Shown here: in pieces, positions 30,701 through 38,549 of the stretch
How the letters are laid out: the number at the start of each line of letters is the position of its first letter
Position numbering within the stretch: position 1 is the first letter of the stretch
Assembly (NCBI GenBank): GCA_044225175.1
Contig: JBGAJA010000001.1
Coordinates: 329,178 to 393,177 of the forward strand
Direction of reading: 5' to 3'
From: Candidatus Omnitrophota bacterium
Lineage (GTDB): Bacteria; Omnitrophota; Gorgyraeia; Zapsychrales; Fredricksoniimonadaceae
Length of the DNA stretch: 64,000 bases
Translations under genes and position numbers: made by a program
Notes under the pieces: model-generated
What the model saw: the letters and a program-made list of their open reading frames with translations, nothing else
Told to the model about the DNA's origin: nothing
Databases searched by the model: none

Positions 30701-32662
30701 GCTTTTCAAGAAAATCCAGATCAGAAAATATTCATTGCTACTTATGGTTCTGGATCAGAAGCAATATCCTTAACTGCTGCTAATAATGTTATTGAAGTTG
30801 ATAAGCCCACATATCCTCTTGTGCGTATCCAAGCTAATGACCGTCCTCATCGTTGGGGACAGGATAAAATAGTAAATATTTATCGTTTAACGGGCATTGA
30901 TACGATTGATGAATATTTTGAATTCCAGCTTACACGATCAGAAGCGTTATTTCGTTTGCTTTTTGAAGTTGGTGAGCCATTGCCAAACTTTAATCAGGAA
31001 ATTATTAAGGAATTATTAAGGGAATTAAAATATCCCGACGAAATCATTGACCATTTTCTTAAGATACACGAAGGTTTAGGTGCTAAGGTGAATAATCAGC
31101 CTCCTGACACGGTCACCAATGAATTTATTGACCAGAGTTCTGGTATAAGTATGCGTTTCACTGATGGAAATATATCAGGACGATTTTCAACTAATCAAGG
31201 ATTTGTTGAACCTAAAACAACATCCCAATTAGTATCTATCGCTAAAGATTTAACAGATCCATCTAAGAAATTCTTAAGAAATTTTCTTGAGAAACGCCTA
31301 ACCGAAGAAATTAACCTCAAAGTTCCAATTAAGCAATCTGTCTTATGGTCGTTATTAAATGTTCTTATGCCACAATTGACAAAGGTTGATACGAACTATT
31401 CCATTGAACGTAATTTGGAAATTGGACGCATTGTTATCAGTCTACTTTTACAAAACCCGAGCCTTAAGTATGAGGATTTACTTGGATCTGTTAATGATCA
31501 ATTAAGCTTATCGAAAGCTTTATATTTCTTGGATGAGCGTAATATATTTAAGCTATTTTCTTTGCTCGGAGTTCTTGATCAACAATATTATTTTGATGGA
31601 GAGTTGCTTTCCTACGCATCTCCCTTAAAACTCGGCATTACTAACGGAAATCTTGTGTATACGGATGAAAAGATCGTTAATGCGATTGCTCCTGATAGAT
31701 ACCGTGAACCTAAGCTCAAAACTGATCCTAATCGTTCTTTTCAAAATTTAGCTCGAAGGTATCGATTTTTGACAAGAGAAGAAGAAATACGGTTAGGAAG
31801 GGAGGCTGGTAAAGGTAATTTGGCCGCCCGGGTAGCTTTAGTTGAAGCTCATTATTATTATATTGTGGATACAACCTATAGGATTATTCAAAGACAACTT
31901 AAGGAAAGAGCGCTTATATCTTCCTCGTTTTTTAAATTAGATAGAAAGACTTTATATGAAGATCTTTATGCTCTAGGTCAGAATGTCTTATATGAGCTTT
32001 CCAGCTCTTATTACATTGAATCAAAAACTATCAATTTCCGAAATTATGTAAGACCAAAATTTTTAAAAGCAATAATTGCAGAATTTTACCGTCAAATTCG
32101 TTTAGTAGATAAGGAAAAGAAAACTTTAGATGTTACGGTTGAGCCAAGGAAGGGTAGATCATTCATTCGTGCTGAAAATGTAAAATCTGATGAATATCTT
32201 TCTCCTATGAGTCTTAATCCGGAATCTTCTATAGCAATAGCTATAACTAAGATTTTAGAGGCAAATGGATACAGAGATCAAGAGATTCAAGCGTATTTTA
32301 TGGCAATGACTGAACAAATCGTTCCTAAAAAGATAGCGCATGATTTGAAGATTTCAATACGCCAGATTAGAAGCATCGTTGATGATGCAAAAATTATTTT
32401 ACAAGGATCAAAACAATTACAGCAAGACTTTCATTCCATAAAAGATGCAGATTCAGCAGATGAAGCAATGAAATCCAGAAAAGGGGGAATAGACTTTACA
32501 GATGATAAAATATCTTTGGGTGTCCAGAGAATTGGTGATGGTATTAAATTTAATATGGATCCCGCCATATTGAATCGCCTGCAAAATGCTCCTGGCTTTT
32601 ATCCGGTGATTATCAATATTGCTCCTCTTTCTGATTTAAATACTTTTTTGAGCTTAAATTAG
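24746..32662 (+). CDS. Giant multidomain protein (2638 aa): signal peptide + novel N-domain + 9 tandem ~107-aa repeats + SNF2-family ATPase + C-terminal sigma-70-like module
   Basis: SP MLKIYCFRRTLCLGLIFAFLLNTIGPLPAYA|HEP. The N-domain (aa ~40-375) is paralogous to 60607-62928. SNF2 motifs are 'ILADEPGLGKTLEAI', 'LDEAHNIRN' and 'QANDRPHRWGQ'. The C-terminus has sigma region 1.2/2 ('LTREEEIRLGREAGKGN..ARVALVEAH', 'GQNVLYEL..INFRNYVRPKFLKAII') and region 4-like ('HDLKISIRQIRSIVDDAKIIL'). Confidence 0.85.
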   Translation: MLKIYCFRRTLCLGLIFAFLLNTIGPLPAYAHEPRLRNLVGSEGQVPQGLPKPGVMVHLSAPVNPPLLKGIKVHPDNPFRFDFILDTGYVSVEDTDNLRQESSRLIKYFLASLTTPEADLWVNLSPYEKNRIVPESFGQTEMGRDLLAQDYMLKQITASLMYPEDGVGKRFWKRIYEESAKRYGTTNIPVNTFNKVWIVPEKAVVYENAKAGTAYVVESRLKVMLEEDYVSVQKHSKTLSSPNVLVGDLGHEGARFPTKAFGNDKDVNIGNQIIREIVIPELTKEINEGSNFAQLRQVYNSLILATWYKKKIKDSIFTKVYVDRNKVVGLGYMGGEPQQIYQRYLNAFKKGVYNYIKEESDPISQKRVTRKYFSGGTTFNDQAMNAVFHTTQDGTKIIKMAIDNSVIVQVGIKDFAMASTKLKSPSDILVYTPENGATVKKGRITGAKPVEIFPNAIWATRNISQLVQGNEFLVDIPLTKDKKFRLLGVDWNLRGGSEGERIVAQFRKEDGNYVLITAYNEAGEVIYEKDIDSKIEQNKEAKVYTPGSGAKIENGKIVGKPTDKFPQNAATRRLLELNLEEFYLDVKLNSGGQLNLFQENWWGKKTEYADQRVSVHFKKEKGAYQLVAAYDKDGNLIYPISEDEQIQLFIPSDKTRIENGKVIGTPSQTYSNKHTAIKSIDLPEFYIKLRLNQYGGLNMWGQQMAPRKGYENAEVLVHFKKFEDTYTAIAIYDANGEQIEQEAPEQVVIYIPKEGTRLENGKIVGKASRTYDSRIWAARELMTDIANSPEEFYTELTLTDKGGFSFFSKWWASKKGYEKAKITAHFRKVKNEYDLVAVYDSNGQEIYSQNKQQEGKIEIFTPQNGSHIKDGLLQAGQPETVLYHARSVPTYLEDHPLEEFFVRTHLDDKGGFYLMGEHWWTSKSGSENVEVVVHFKKNEEGQYELEAAYDQKGQDLTVEKEPIKIYASRNGATIVQGKISGQPVSQFPKKTQALRLLKQLDSEDIYLEVTLSNDGGFLISSYRKLALPGYENTKVLLHFQNKNSKKNLINVYDSQGNVIWGEIYDSKTRVYIADNEVKLNEGKVVGQPAETFTTQRDAIKFVTARKIKEFYLTTPLTSQAGIYLGRDFWQSDNIRKHQNSLATLHFRLNEGSQYELVASYDQDGRRLNLIKVKSDEIIEIHTSEGGSKIENGFIVGEPIEISSSKLAAQQIVSAMSHSDVFVKMRIGEMGKISFMGHWASRSNSANKEVHSHFKKQDMRYVLVAAYEAGQKIYPKEENEQDKISIYSAHTGAVIEEGKIKGQPIETFSDKIQASLTIQSMGLTDFFVKMRLDGQGKLYFLGRHWWGGKKGHEDAEVLIHFKKSPEKGYELIDAYDNQGNLIYPTGKRDPYSVERKRFNVMIGAEEAQKLLETLGLEATFGLLSRAHGFTPTFLAQTLTGYAEKIQSEGNQFGYASNRSFSFVQARQSNVFSKIEPDKLDVVVETLIRSMYKDVVEDNHFLNVLREQSENPSNGDMLQKAYKQVADYYDHQLKIEMGGIDETAILPKLYQRIGAQFLIDRKHAILADEPGLGKTLEAIMAVVNVPEFDKDVRDAGYREGEMIEPKEKILIIAPKRAADRVWKREIQAYTTGRLKVEVVNRSKIRSRSTVDKNPELNLKRRFDRIKQAQVLIVNPYAIAGEDGNGLLLREHLKQFKYKVIILDEAHNIRNESTLTDAVREFDAEYKFALTATPLVGQTVAKLFNLLQWLYPERYKDKWNFSVKYAGREKAFLLRQELRPFLLRRTKVDVTDMPLKNYVNVPVSLTDEERQFYLEVANYFSIWIKSSIRQNDPKYYLKILSQLSRLRLAALNTGLIIRLQNNGEKIFAYTGGSFTLGNRKYRFTKEKEVIVGLKDEEGHEFRFEKGKSGTQVTIDKKVYEVQVKDNLNPSRYLAIDKIIEEKIAKGEKVILNTNYREVVFQLAARYKHYGVNYAFGDMTSSQVDSEIEAFQENPDQKIFIATYGSGSEAISLTAANNVIEVDKPTYPLVRIQANDRPHRWGQDKIVNIYRLTGIDTIDEYFEFQLTRSEALFRLLFEVGEPLPNFNQEIIKELLRELKYPDEIIDHFLKIHEGLGAKVNNQPPDTVTNEFIDQSSGISMRFTDGNISGRFSTNQGFVEPKTTSQLVSIAKDLTDPSKKFLRNFLEKRLTEEINLKVPIKQSVLWSLLNVLMPQLTKVDTNYSIERNLEIGRIVISLLLQNPSLKYEDLLGSVNDQLSLSKALYFLDERNIFKLFSLLGVLDQQYYFDGELLSYASPLKLGITNGNLVYTDEKIVNAIAPDRYREPKLKTDPNRSFQNLARRYRFLTREEEIRLGREAGKGNLAARVALVEAHYYYIVDTTYRIIQRQLKERALISSSFFKLDRKTLYEDLYALGQNVLYELSSSYYIESKTINFRNYVRPKFLKAIIAEFYRQIRLVDKEKKTLDVTVEPRKGRSFIRAENVKSDEYLSPMSLNPESSIAIAITKILEANGYRDQEIQAYFMAMTEQIVPKKIAHDLKISIRQIRSIVDDAKIILQGSKQLQQDFHSIKDADSADEAMKSRKGGIDFTDDKISLGVQRIGDGIKFNMDPAILNRLQNAPGFYPVIINIAPLSDLNTFLSLN
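26020..28920 (+). repeat. Nine in-frame tandem repeats of ~320 nt (~107 aa) inside the giant gene
   Basis: Each unit: '[IV]Y.P..G..IENGK[IV]VG.P...F......L......EFY......GG.......W....GYE.A.V..HFKK....Y.L.A.YD..G..IY'. Unit starts fall near 26023, 26371, 26681, 26983, 27313, 27633, 27948, 28280 and 28593. Confidence 0.8.
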
Positions 32663-32711
32663 TCCATGTAATGTCTTGCGAAAAGATGTGAGCGAAGTTA
32701 ATATATAAAAC

Positions 32712-32948
32712 ATGAACATGGATCCTAGAAAATTATTACGTGACCGCAAAGTCATTGCAGAAATCAATCGTCATAAGTGGTTGGAAAGTGAAATTGCTGG
32801 TTATGACATTGGTTTTGAAGCGGCTGCGGAGGATTGGCTTAGAAAACATGCAACAGCATGGATAAAGTATCATGGAAAAATACCTGCAAAGAAATCAGCA
32901 TCAACAACTTCGAAAGTCCCCACAGTTAAAAAGAAAAAACGGTCTTAA
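32712..32948 (+). CDS. Small conserved hypothetical protein with Lys-rich tail; paralog of 13883-14113
   Basis: 'LLRDRKVIAEINRHKWLESEIAGYDIGFEAAAEDWL' matches the 13883 protein motif. Sits immediately downstream of the giant gene. Confidence 0.55.
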   Translation: MNMDPRKLLRDRKVIAEINRHKWLESEIAGYDIGFEAAAEDWLRKHATAWIKYHGKIPAKKSASTTSKVPTVKKKKRS

Positions 32949-32952
32949 TATC

Positions 32953-33714
32953 ATGAAAAGATCATTGCTCGTTTTTCTTATTCTCATCTTGAGTGCACTA
33001 TCATCTTTATCTGTTTGGGCCAAAGACGCCCAATTGCCTTCTGCTTTAGGATATATTAATGATTTTGTTAATGTTGTAAGTCCTTCTGATCAAGAAGAAA
33101 TTAATCGTTTTTCAAAGGAGTTAGAGGCTAATACAGCAGCACAAGTTGCTGTTGCAATCGTTGAGACAACTGAACCTGAGACCATTGAAGAGTATTCTGT
33201 CCGATTATTTAAGAAATGGGGTATTGGACAAAAGGGTAAGGATAATGGCGTTTTATTTTTAATTGCCACAAAAGATCATACTTTGCGCATTGAAGTAGGC
33301 TATGGTTTAGAAGGTGTTTTGACCGATGCCATTTGTTCTGGAATTATTAATCAAATTGTGGTGCCCCAATTTAAACAAGGACAAATTTCTAAAGGTATTC
33401 TTGAAGGTTCTAAAGCAATCATAAGTCTTATTGCTAAAGAGCATGGAGTGGCGATTACAGGCCAAGAAGCGCAAGTCTATGAAACATTCCATCAAGATTT
33501 GGGTGGATTATGGCTTATTATTCTTGTATTTATTCTTATTTTCATATTTTATGCTTCCTCATTTCGCCGATCTGGTATAGGCTGGTATGGTTATTCAGGC
33601 GGTAGAGATGGTCTTGGAGGGGGTTTTGGCGGCGGTTCAGGAGGCGGTTTTGGAGGTTTTGGCGGTTTTGGTGGGGGCGGAAGTGGTGGTGGTGGATCTA
33701 GTGGTAAATGGTAG
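32953..33714 (+). CDS. TPM-domain (YgcG-like) protein with C-terminal TM helix and Gly-rich tail
   Basis: Signal peptide. 'INDFVNVVSPSDQEEINRFSKELEANTAAQVAVAIV...GVLFLIATKDHTLRIEVGYGLEG' TPM signature. GGxGGG tail. Confidence 0.75.
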   Translation: MKRSLLVFLILILSALSSLSVWAKDAQLPSALGYINDFVNVVSPSDQEEINRFSKELEANTAAQVAVAIVETTEPETIEEYSVRLFKKWGIGQKGKDNGVLFLIATKDHTLRIEVGYGLEGVLTDAICSGIINQIVVPQFKQGQISKGILEGSKAIISLIAKEHGVAITGQEAQVYETFHQDLGGLWLIILVFILIFIFYASSFRRSGIGWYGYSGGRDGLGGGFGGGSGGGFGGFGGFGGGGSGGGGSSGKW

Positions 33715-33754
33715 GGGCGATTCATGAATCGACCGTACAAAAGAAAGGAATTTT

Positions 33755-34324
33755 ATGAAAGGCATATGGGTTTTTCTAGCAGTAATCATATTTCTTGGGG
33801 TTGCATTTTTTGGATGGTATCAAGGTGGTTATAACCAAATCGTTTCTTTGGATCAGCAAGTCAAATCTTCCTGGGCTCAGGTAGAAAATCAATTACAAAG
33901 AAGATATGATTTGATTCCTAATTTAGTTAATACAGTTAAAGGTTATGCAGCCCATGAAAAAGATATTTTAGAAGAAGTGACACGTTTAAGAAGCCAATGG
34001 GGTCAATCTGCTAACATTCAAGATAAAGTAGCTACTGCCAACCAACTGGGGAGTGCTCTTTCCCGCCTCCTATTAGTCAGTGAAAATTATCCCAATTTAA
34101 AGGCAGATCAGAACTTTCTAGCGCTCCAAAGCCAGCTGGAGGGAACTGAGAATCGTATTTCTGTTGAACGCATGCGTTACAATGAGTCGGTACAAGCTTT
34201 TAATTCCTATCAAAAGTCATTATTTGGCAAATTCTTTGCCGGTCAGACAGGACTTAATCAAGAGGCTGTTTATTTCAAAGTCACAACGCCTCAGGCTCAA
34301 GATGTACCGAAGGTGCAATTTTAA
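33755..34324 (+). CDS. lemA: LemA family protein
   Basis: N-terminal TM then 'GYNQIVSLDQQVKSSWAQVENQLQRRYDLIPNLV'. Canonical TPM-LemA pairing. Confidence 0.85.
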   Translation: MKGIWVFLAVIIFLGVAFFGWYQGGYNQIVSLDQQVKSSWAQVENQLQRRYDLIPNLVNTVKGYAAHEKDILEEVTRLRSQWGQSANIQDKVATANQLGSALSRLLLVSENYPNLKADQNFLALQSQLEGTENRISVERMRYNESVQAFNSYQKSLFGKFFAGQTGLNQEAVYFKVTTPQAQDVPKVQF

Positions 34325-34336
34325 TGTAGATTATGT

Positions 34337-34365
34337 AGAGACGCAGCAATGCTACGTCTCTACGA
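34337..34365 (+). promoter_or_regulatory. Perfect 9-bp hairpin between lemA and gpmI
   Basis: GTAGAGACG-cagcaatgcta-CGTCTCTAC. No U-tract follows. Confidence 0.35.
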
Positions 34366-34381
34366 TAAGAAAGGATTCACA

Positions 34382-36016
34382 ATGTCATACGAATTAAAAC
34401 AATTGACTAATTTTCACGGACGAAAAGGTCCTGTTTTATTAATCATTATGGATGGTGTGGGTATTGGAAAACAAGATGACAGTGATGGTGTATATCTGGC
34501 TAAAACTCCTCATTTAGATGAGTTGATGAAGTCTAAGCTATATACTCAACTGAAAGCTCATGGAACGGCTGTTGGAATGCCTTCCGACGAAGATATGGGT
34601 AACAGTGAAGTTGGCCATAATGCTTTGGGTGCAGGGAGAGTCTTTGATCAAGGAGCCAAGCTTGTGCAGAAAGCCATTGATAGTGGAGATATTTACAACT
34701 CTGAAACATGGAAGAAGTTAGTCGAGAGAGTTAAGGCGGACAATAAAATTTTTCATTTCATTGGTTTGCTTTCTGATGGTAATGTCCATTCCCATATTGA
34801 TCAACTCTTAGCGATGGTCAAACAATTGGCCGAAGAAGGGGTTAAACGTGTTCGTCTCCATGTTCTTCTAGATGGACGTGATGTTTATGAAAAATCTGCT
34901 TTGACCTACATTGAAAAAACTGAAGGTGTACTTAAAGAAATCAATTCTTCCCATAAATATTATGATTATTGCATTGCTTCCGGCGGCGGACGCATGGTTG
35001 TCACTATGGATCGATACAATGCGGATTGGAGTATTGTTGAAAGAGGATGGAAAGCGCATGTATTAGGCCGTGGTAGACGTTTTACTTCCGCTAAAGAAGC
35101 TGTTGAAACTTATTATAAAGAGGATCCTAAGGCGACAGATCAGTATTTAGATTCTTTTGTCATTGAAGATGATGGCTCTCCAGTTGGTACGATTGAAGAT
35201 GGGGATTCAGTTGTATTCTTTAACTTCCGTGGAGATAGAGCTATTGAATTATCTATGGCCTTTGAAAACAAAGATTTTGATAAGTTTGATCGTGTGCGCA
35301 CTCCTGACGTGCTATTCGCTGGAATGATGCAATATGATGGAGATTTACATGTTCCTCATCATTTTTTGGTAACCCCACCACAAATTGATGGGCCAGTTGG
35401 TGCGTATATGTGTGCCAATGGTATTTCTTCATTTGCTATTTCTGAGACTCAAAAATATGGTCATGTAACATATTTCTGGAATGGAAATAAAAGCGGCTTT
35501 ATTGACCAATCTTTAGAAAATTATGTTGAAATTCCTTCCGATAAAATTCGTTTTGATCAAGCTCCTAAAATGAAGGCTTACGAAATTACTTCAACAACTA
35601 TTGAGCTTTTAAGAAGTGGAAAATATAAATTTGGCCGTTTGAATTTTCCTAATGGCGATATGGTTGGCCATACAGGTGTTCCAGCTGCCATTATCGAATC
35701 TGTAGAAGCGGTAGATGAATGTCTAGGAAAGATTTTAGATGTCATCAAAGAGTTGAATGGTATTGCTGTTGTTCTGGCCGACCATGGAAATGCTGATGAA
35801 ATGTACACAGTCAAGAATGGTAAGAAACAAGTTTCAACTGCTCATTCACTTAATCCTGTTCCTTGTGCCATTGTCGATCCTTCCTATAACGGTGAATACG
35901 AGATGGCTAAAGTGAATACTCCGGGTTTGGCTAATGTGGCTGCAACCCTTTTAAACCTCTTGGGATATGAAGCGCCTAAGGAGTATGCGCCTTCCTTAAT
36001 TGAGATCAAAAAATGA
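34382..36016 (+). CDS. gpmI: 2,3-bisphosphoglycerate-independent phosphoglycerate mutase
   Basis: 'LLIIMDGVGIG' and 'SDGNVHSH' iPGM motifs. Start taken at MSYELKQ, downstream of the track start. Confidence 0.9.
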   Translation: MSYELKQLTNFHGRKGPVLLIIMDGVGIGKQDDSDGVYLAKTPHLDELMKSKLYTQLKAHGTAVGMPSDEDMGNSEVGHNALGAGRVFDQGAKLVQKAIDSGDIYNSETWKKLVERVKADNKIFHFIGLLSDGNVHSHIDQLLAMVKQLAEEGVKRVRLHVLLDGRDVYEKSALTYIEKTEGVLKEINSSHKYYDYCIASGGGRMVVTMDRYNADWSIVERGWKAHVLGRGRRFTSAKEAVETYYKEDPKATDQYLDSFVIEDDGSPVGTIEDGDSVVFFNFRGDRAIELSMAFENKDFDKFDRVRTPDVLFAGMMQYDGDLHVPHHFLVTPPQIDGPVGAYMCANGISSFAISETQKYGHVTYFWNGNKSGFIDQSLENYVEIPSDKIRFDQAPKMKAYEITSTTIELLRSGKYKFGRLNFPNGDMVGHTGVPAAIIESVEAVDECLGKILDVIKELNGIAVVLADHGNADEMYTVKNGKKQVSTAHSLNPVPCAIVDPSYNGEYEMAKVNTPGLANVAATLLNLLGYEAPKEYAPSLIEIKK

Positions 36017-36903
36017 AGATTATAAAACGTCGTCCAGCATTTGAGTATAAGCTTGTCAGTGACACAGATGACATCTTCGGTACTATTTTTGATAAGACTC
36101 CGGTGTCGATTATTTTATTGTCATGGCCTGAGAAGAGAATCATAAGAGCTAACAGTGCTGCATTACATCTTTTAAAAGTGAAAAATCTGAACGACATATT
36201 TAAGTTGCACCCTAAGATCTTTTTGAATTTTACTGAGGAAATCTTCGATAAAGGTGAGTTTTTTCAAACAGAACTTAGAATCAGAGGTCGTAAATCAACT
36301 GTGAATTTAATGGCAAAGGCTCGTAAGTTTGACGGGAATCAAGTTATTGTAACCTTTGAAGACATTACTCTTTTTAGAAAGAAGGAAAAACAGTTATTGA
36401 AGTTAGCGCAAAGAGATGGTCTCACAGGTCTTTTTAATCACAAAACTTTAAATCAACGCTTTAAAGAAGAGTTAGCGAGAGCCAAGAAATACCATCTTCC
36501 TATATCTTGTTTTTTATTTGATCTTGATGATTTTAAGATGATCAATGACAAGTATGGGCATTTAAAGGGGGATGCAGTCCTCAAGAAAGTCGGACAAATT
36601 CTAAAAGGTAATATTCGTGAGTCAGATATTGTAGGTCGTTATGGCGGGGATGAGTTTTTAATTATTATGCCAGAAACTCCAGTCGCAGATGCTTGGATTC
36701 CTGCTAAAAGAATTCATGCTAGTTTTCAAAATGTTTTAATCACAAGTAAGAATGTAGAAATTAAAAGCACTTTAAGCGTTGGAATTAGCGGCTTTCCTTT
36801 AAAGGGAATAGAAACAGTCAAGGATATCATTGCTTTGGCTGATAAAGGTTTGTATGAGTCAAAGCAAAAAGGCGGCAATCATATTTGCTTTGCACAAAAA
36901 TGA
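36013..36903 (+). CDS. PAS-domain diguanylate cyclase (GGDEF)
   Basis: 'RYGGDEFLII' active-site motif. N-terminal PAS-like region. ATGA overlap with gpmI. Confidence 0.85.
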   Translation: MKIIKRRPAFEYKLVSDTDDIFGTIFDKTPVSIILLSWPEKRIIRANSAALHLLKVKNLNDIFKLHPKIFLNFTEEIFDKGEFFQTELRIRGRKSTVNLMAKARKFDGNQVIVTFEDITLFRKKEKQLLKLAQRDGLTGLFNHKTLNQRFKEELARAKKYHLPISCFLFDLDDFKMINDKYGHLKGDAVLKKVGQILKGNIRESDIVGRYGGDEFLIIMPETPVADAWIPAKRIHASFQNVLITSKNVEIKSTLSVGISGFPLKGIETVKDIIALADKGLYESKQKGGNHICFAQK

Positions 36904-37769
36904 TTTACGAGAAAATACCTCCTATTTTATTTGAATGTTCCATCAATGCGTCTGACGAACAGAATCTTATTCAGCCTCGTTTAATTTTAGAAGATTTTGG
37001 TTTTAATCAGAATGACATTTCTGAATCATTTGAGAAGAAGCTTTGGTCTTTGAAAGTATTTAGTGAAGATAAAAAGTTGATTGAGGCTTTAAAAAGAAAG
37101 ATTAAGCTTTTAAAGCTTTCTAAAATCAAGGTATCAGGAAAAACTTTAAAACCTAATCAATGGCTCACAAAATGGAAAACAAATTGGAAGCCATTGTCGC
37201 TGACAAAGAAAATTGATGTTATTCCTGCCTGGTACAAAGATCGGTATAAAACAAAGAAACAGGTTATTGTTTTGGATACTCTTATGTCTTTCGGTACAGG
37301 AATGCATGAGACGACTCGTTTAGTAGCTCAGTTCATTGAAAGTAATCGTACTCGAATTGGATCTTTTTTGGATATTGGTACAGGAACAGGAATTTTAGCC
37401 ATTGCTGCACTTAAGCTGGGAGCAACAGATGTGACAGCGATGGACATAAGTCCTTTAAGTGTAGAGGCTGCTCAAAGCAATTTTAAGGTAAATAAACTTA
37501 AGGCGAAGATCATTTTAAGTGACATTGATCACCTGCCGTCAAAACAAAAGTTTGATATGGTTGCAGCTAATCTAATTACAGATGATCTTTTAAAGTTTAA
37601 GAAGAAAATTTTGAATTTAGTCAATCCGGGTGGCTTATTAATTGTAAGTGGGATTTCCTTGAGTAATCTTAGTAGACTCAAAAAAGGTTTTGTGGATTCT
37701 AATTTAATCTTAAGTCAAATCAGACTGGGAAAAGAATGGGCCGCTATCTGTTACGAAAAGAAGACGTAG
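36900..37769 (+). CDS. prmA: Ribosomal protein L11 methyltransferase
   Basis: 'FGTGMHETTRL' and 'LDIGTGTGILAIAALKLGA' SAM-MTase motifs. ATGA overlap with the GGDEF gene. Confidence 0.85.
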   Translation: MIYEKIPPILFECSINASDEQNLIQPRLILEDFGFNQNDISESFEKKLWSLKVFSEDKKLIEALKRKIKLLKLSKIKVSGKTLKPNQWLTKWKTNWKPLSLTKKIDVIPAWYKDRYKTKKQVIVLDTLMSFGTGMHETTRLVAQFIESNRTRIGSFLDIGTGTGILAIAALKLGATDVTAMDISPLSVEAAQSNFKVNKLKAKIILSDIDHLPSKQKFDMVAANLITDDLLKFKKKILNLVNPGGLLIVSGISLSNLSRLKKGFVDSNLILSQIRLGKEWAAICYEKKT

Positions 37770-38101
37770 TTGAATCATTTGTTCGCTCTTCAGGGCCAGG
37801 GGGGCAGAATGTGAACAAGGTATCAACGTGTGTTGAGCTTTGGCATAGGCCAACCGGCATTAGAATTAAATGTCAGAAACATCGTCGACAATTCGATAAT
37901 CGTGAAGAAGCCTGGTTTCTTTTAGAACAAGCCATTGAGAAGAAGTTTGATGAAGAACTAAAGGCTCTTAAAGCGCGTAGAGAGAAGATTAAGCGTCAAA
38001 ACAGACTTCGTACAAAATCAGCTAAAGAGAAGATTTTGGAAAGCAAAAGAAAAATATCGATCAAAAAAGAAAATCGAAAGAAGCATTCGTATGAAGAATA
38101 A
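37736..38101 (+). CDS. ArfB-like peptidyl-tRNA hydrolase (RF-1 domain, GGQ) protein
   Basis: 'RSSGPGGQNVNKVSTCVELWH' GGQ motif and a basic C-terminal tail. Confidence 0.75.
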   Translation: MGRYLLRKEDVVESFVRSSGPGGQNVNKVSTCVELWHRPTGIRIKCQKHRRQFDNREEAWFLLEQAIEKKFDEELKALKARREKIKRQNRLRTKSAKEKILESKRKISIKKENRKKHSYEE

Positions 38102-38549
38102 GCAATGTTTAGGGATGGTTGATATTAGTCAGAAGATTATTACAACACGAAGAGCTGTTGCAGAAGGGACGATTTTCTTTACTTCAAAGGCCTATAAAGT
38201 AATTACAAAAGAAGGTTCTCCAAAAGGCGATATTTTTGAAACAGCTAAAATTGCAGGAATTATGGCTGCTAAAGCTGTCCCATCAATTATTCCTTTGTGT
38301 CATCCATTAGGATTAGAAAAAGTGCTGGTTAGCTTCGAAAAGTTGAACTCTAAGAAAGCTATTAAGGTTACAGCAGAAGTTTTGTGTTCAGGAAAGACAG
38401 GTGTTGAAATCGAAGCTTTAACTGCAGTCTCAGTTGCTTGTTTAACCATCTATGATATGAGCAAATGGATGGGGCAGGACATGACAATTTCTAACATATG
38501 TTTACTTAACAAAAGTGGCGGAAAATCAGGAGAATATAAACGATGCTAA
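38091..38549 (+). CDS. moaC: Cyclic pyranopterin monophosphate synthase
   Basis: 'MVDISQK...' and 'GVEIEALTAVSVACLTIYDMSK' MoaC signatures. A start at the MVDIS Met (38115) is also possible. Confidence 0.85.
   Translation: MKNKQCLGMVDISQKIITTRRAVAEGTIFFTSKAYKVITKEGSPKGDIFETAKIAGIMAAKAVPSIIPLCHPLGLEKVLVSFEKLNSKKAIKVTAEVLCSGKTGVEIEALTAVSVACLTIYDMSKWMGQDMTISNICLLNKSGGKSGEYKRC

Noticed and set aside
32872-32952. N-terminal extension of the TPM-protein ORF (MEKYLQRNQ...)
   Set aside because: It overlaps the upstream small gene. The Met at 32953 is followed by a typical signal peptide and is preceded by that gene's stop.
33600-33714. Gly-rich GGxGGG tail of the TPM protein, considered as a novel repeat
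   Set aside because: It is a low-complexity flexible tail. I have no evidence that it is a distinct structural repeat or a separate feature.
34164-34397. 77-aa ORF spanning the lemA/gpmI junction
   Set aside because: It is out of frame with both flanking conserved genes.
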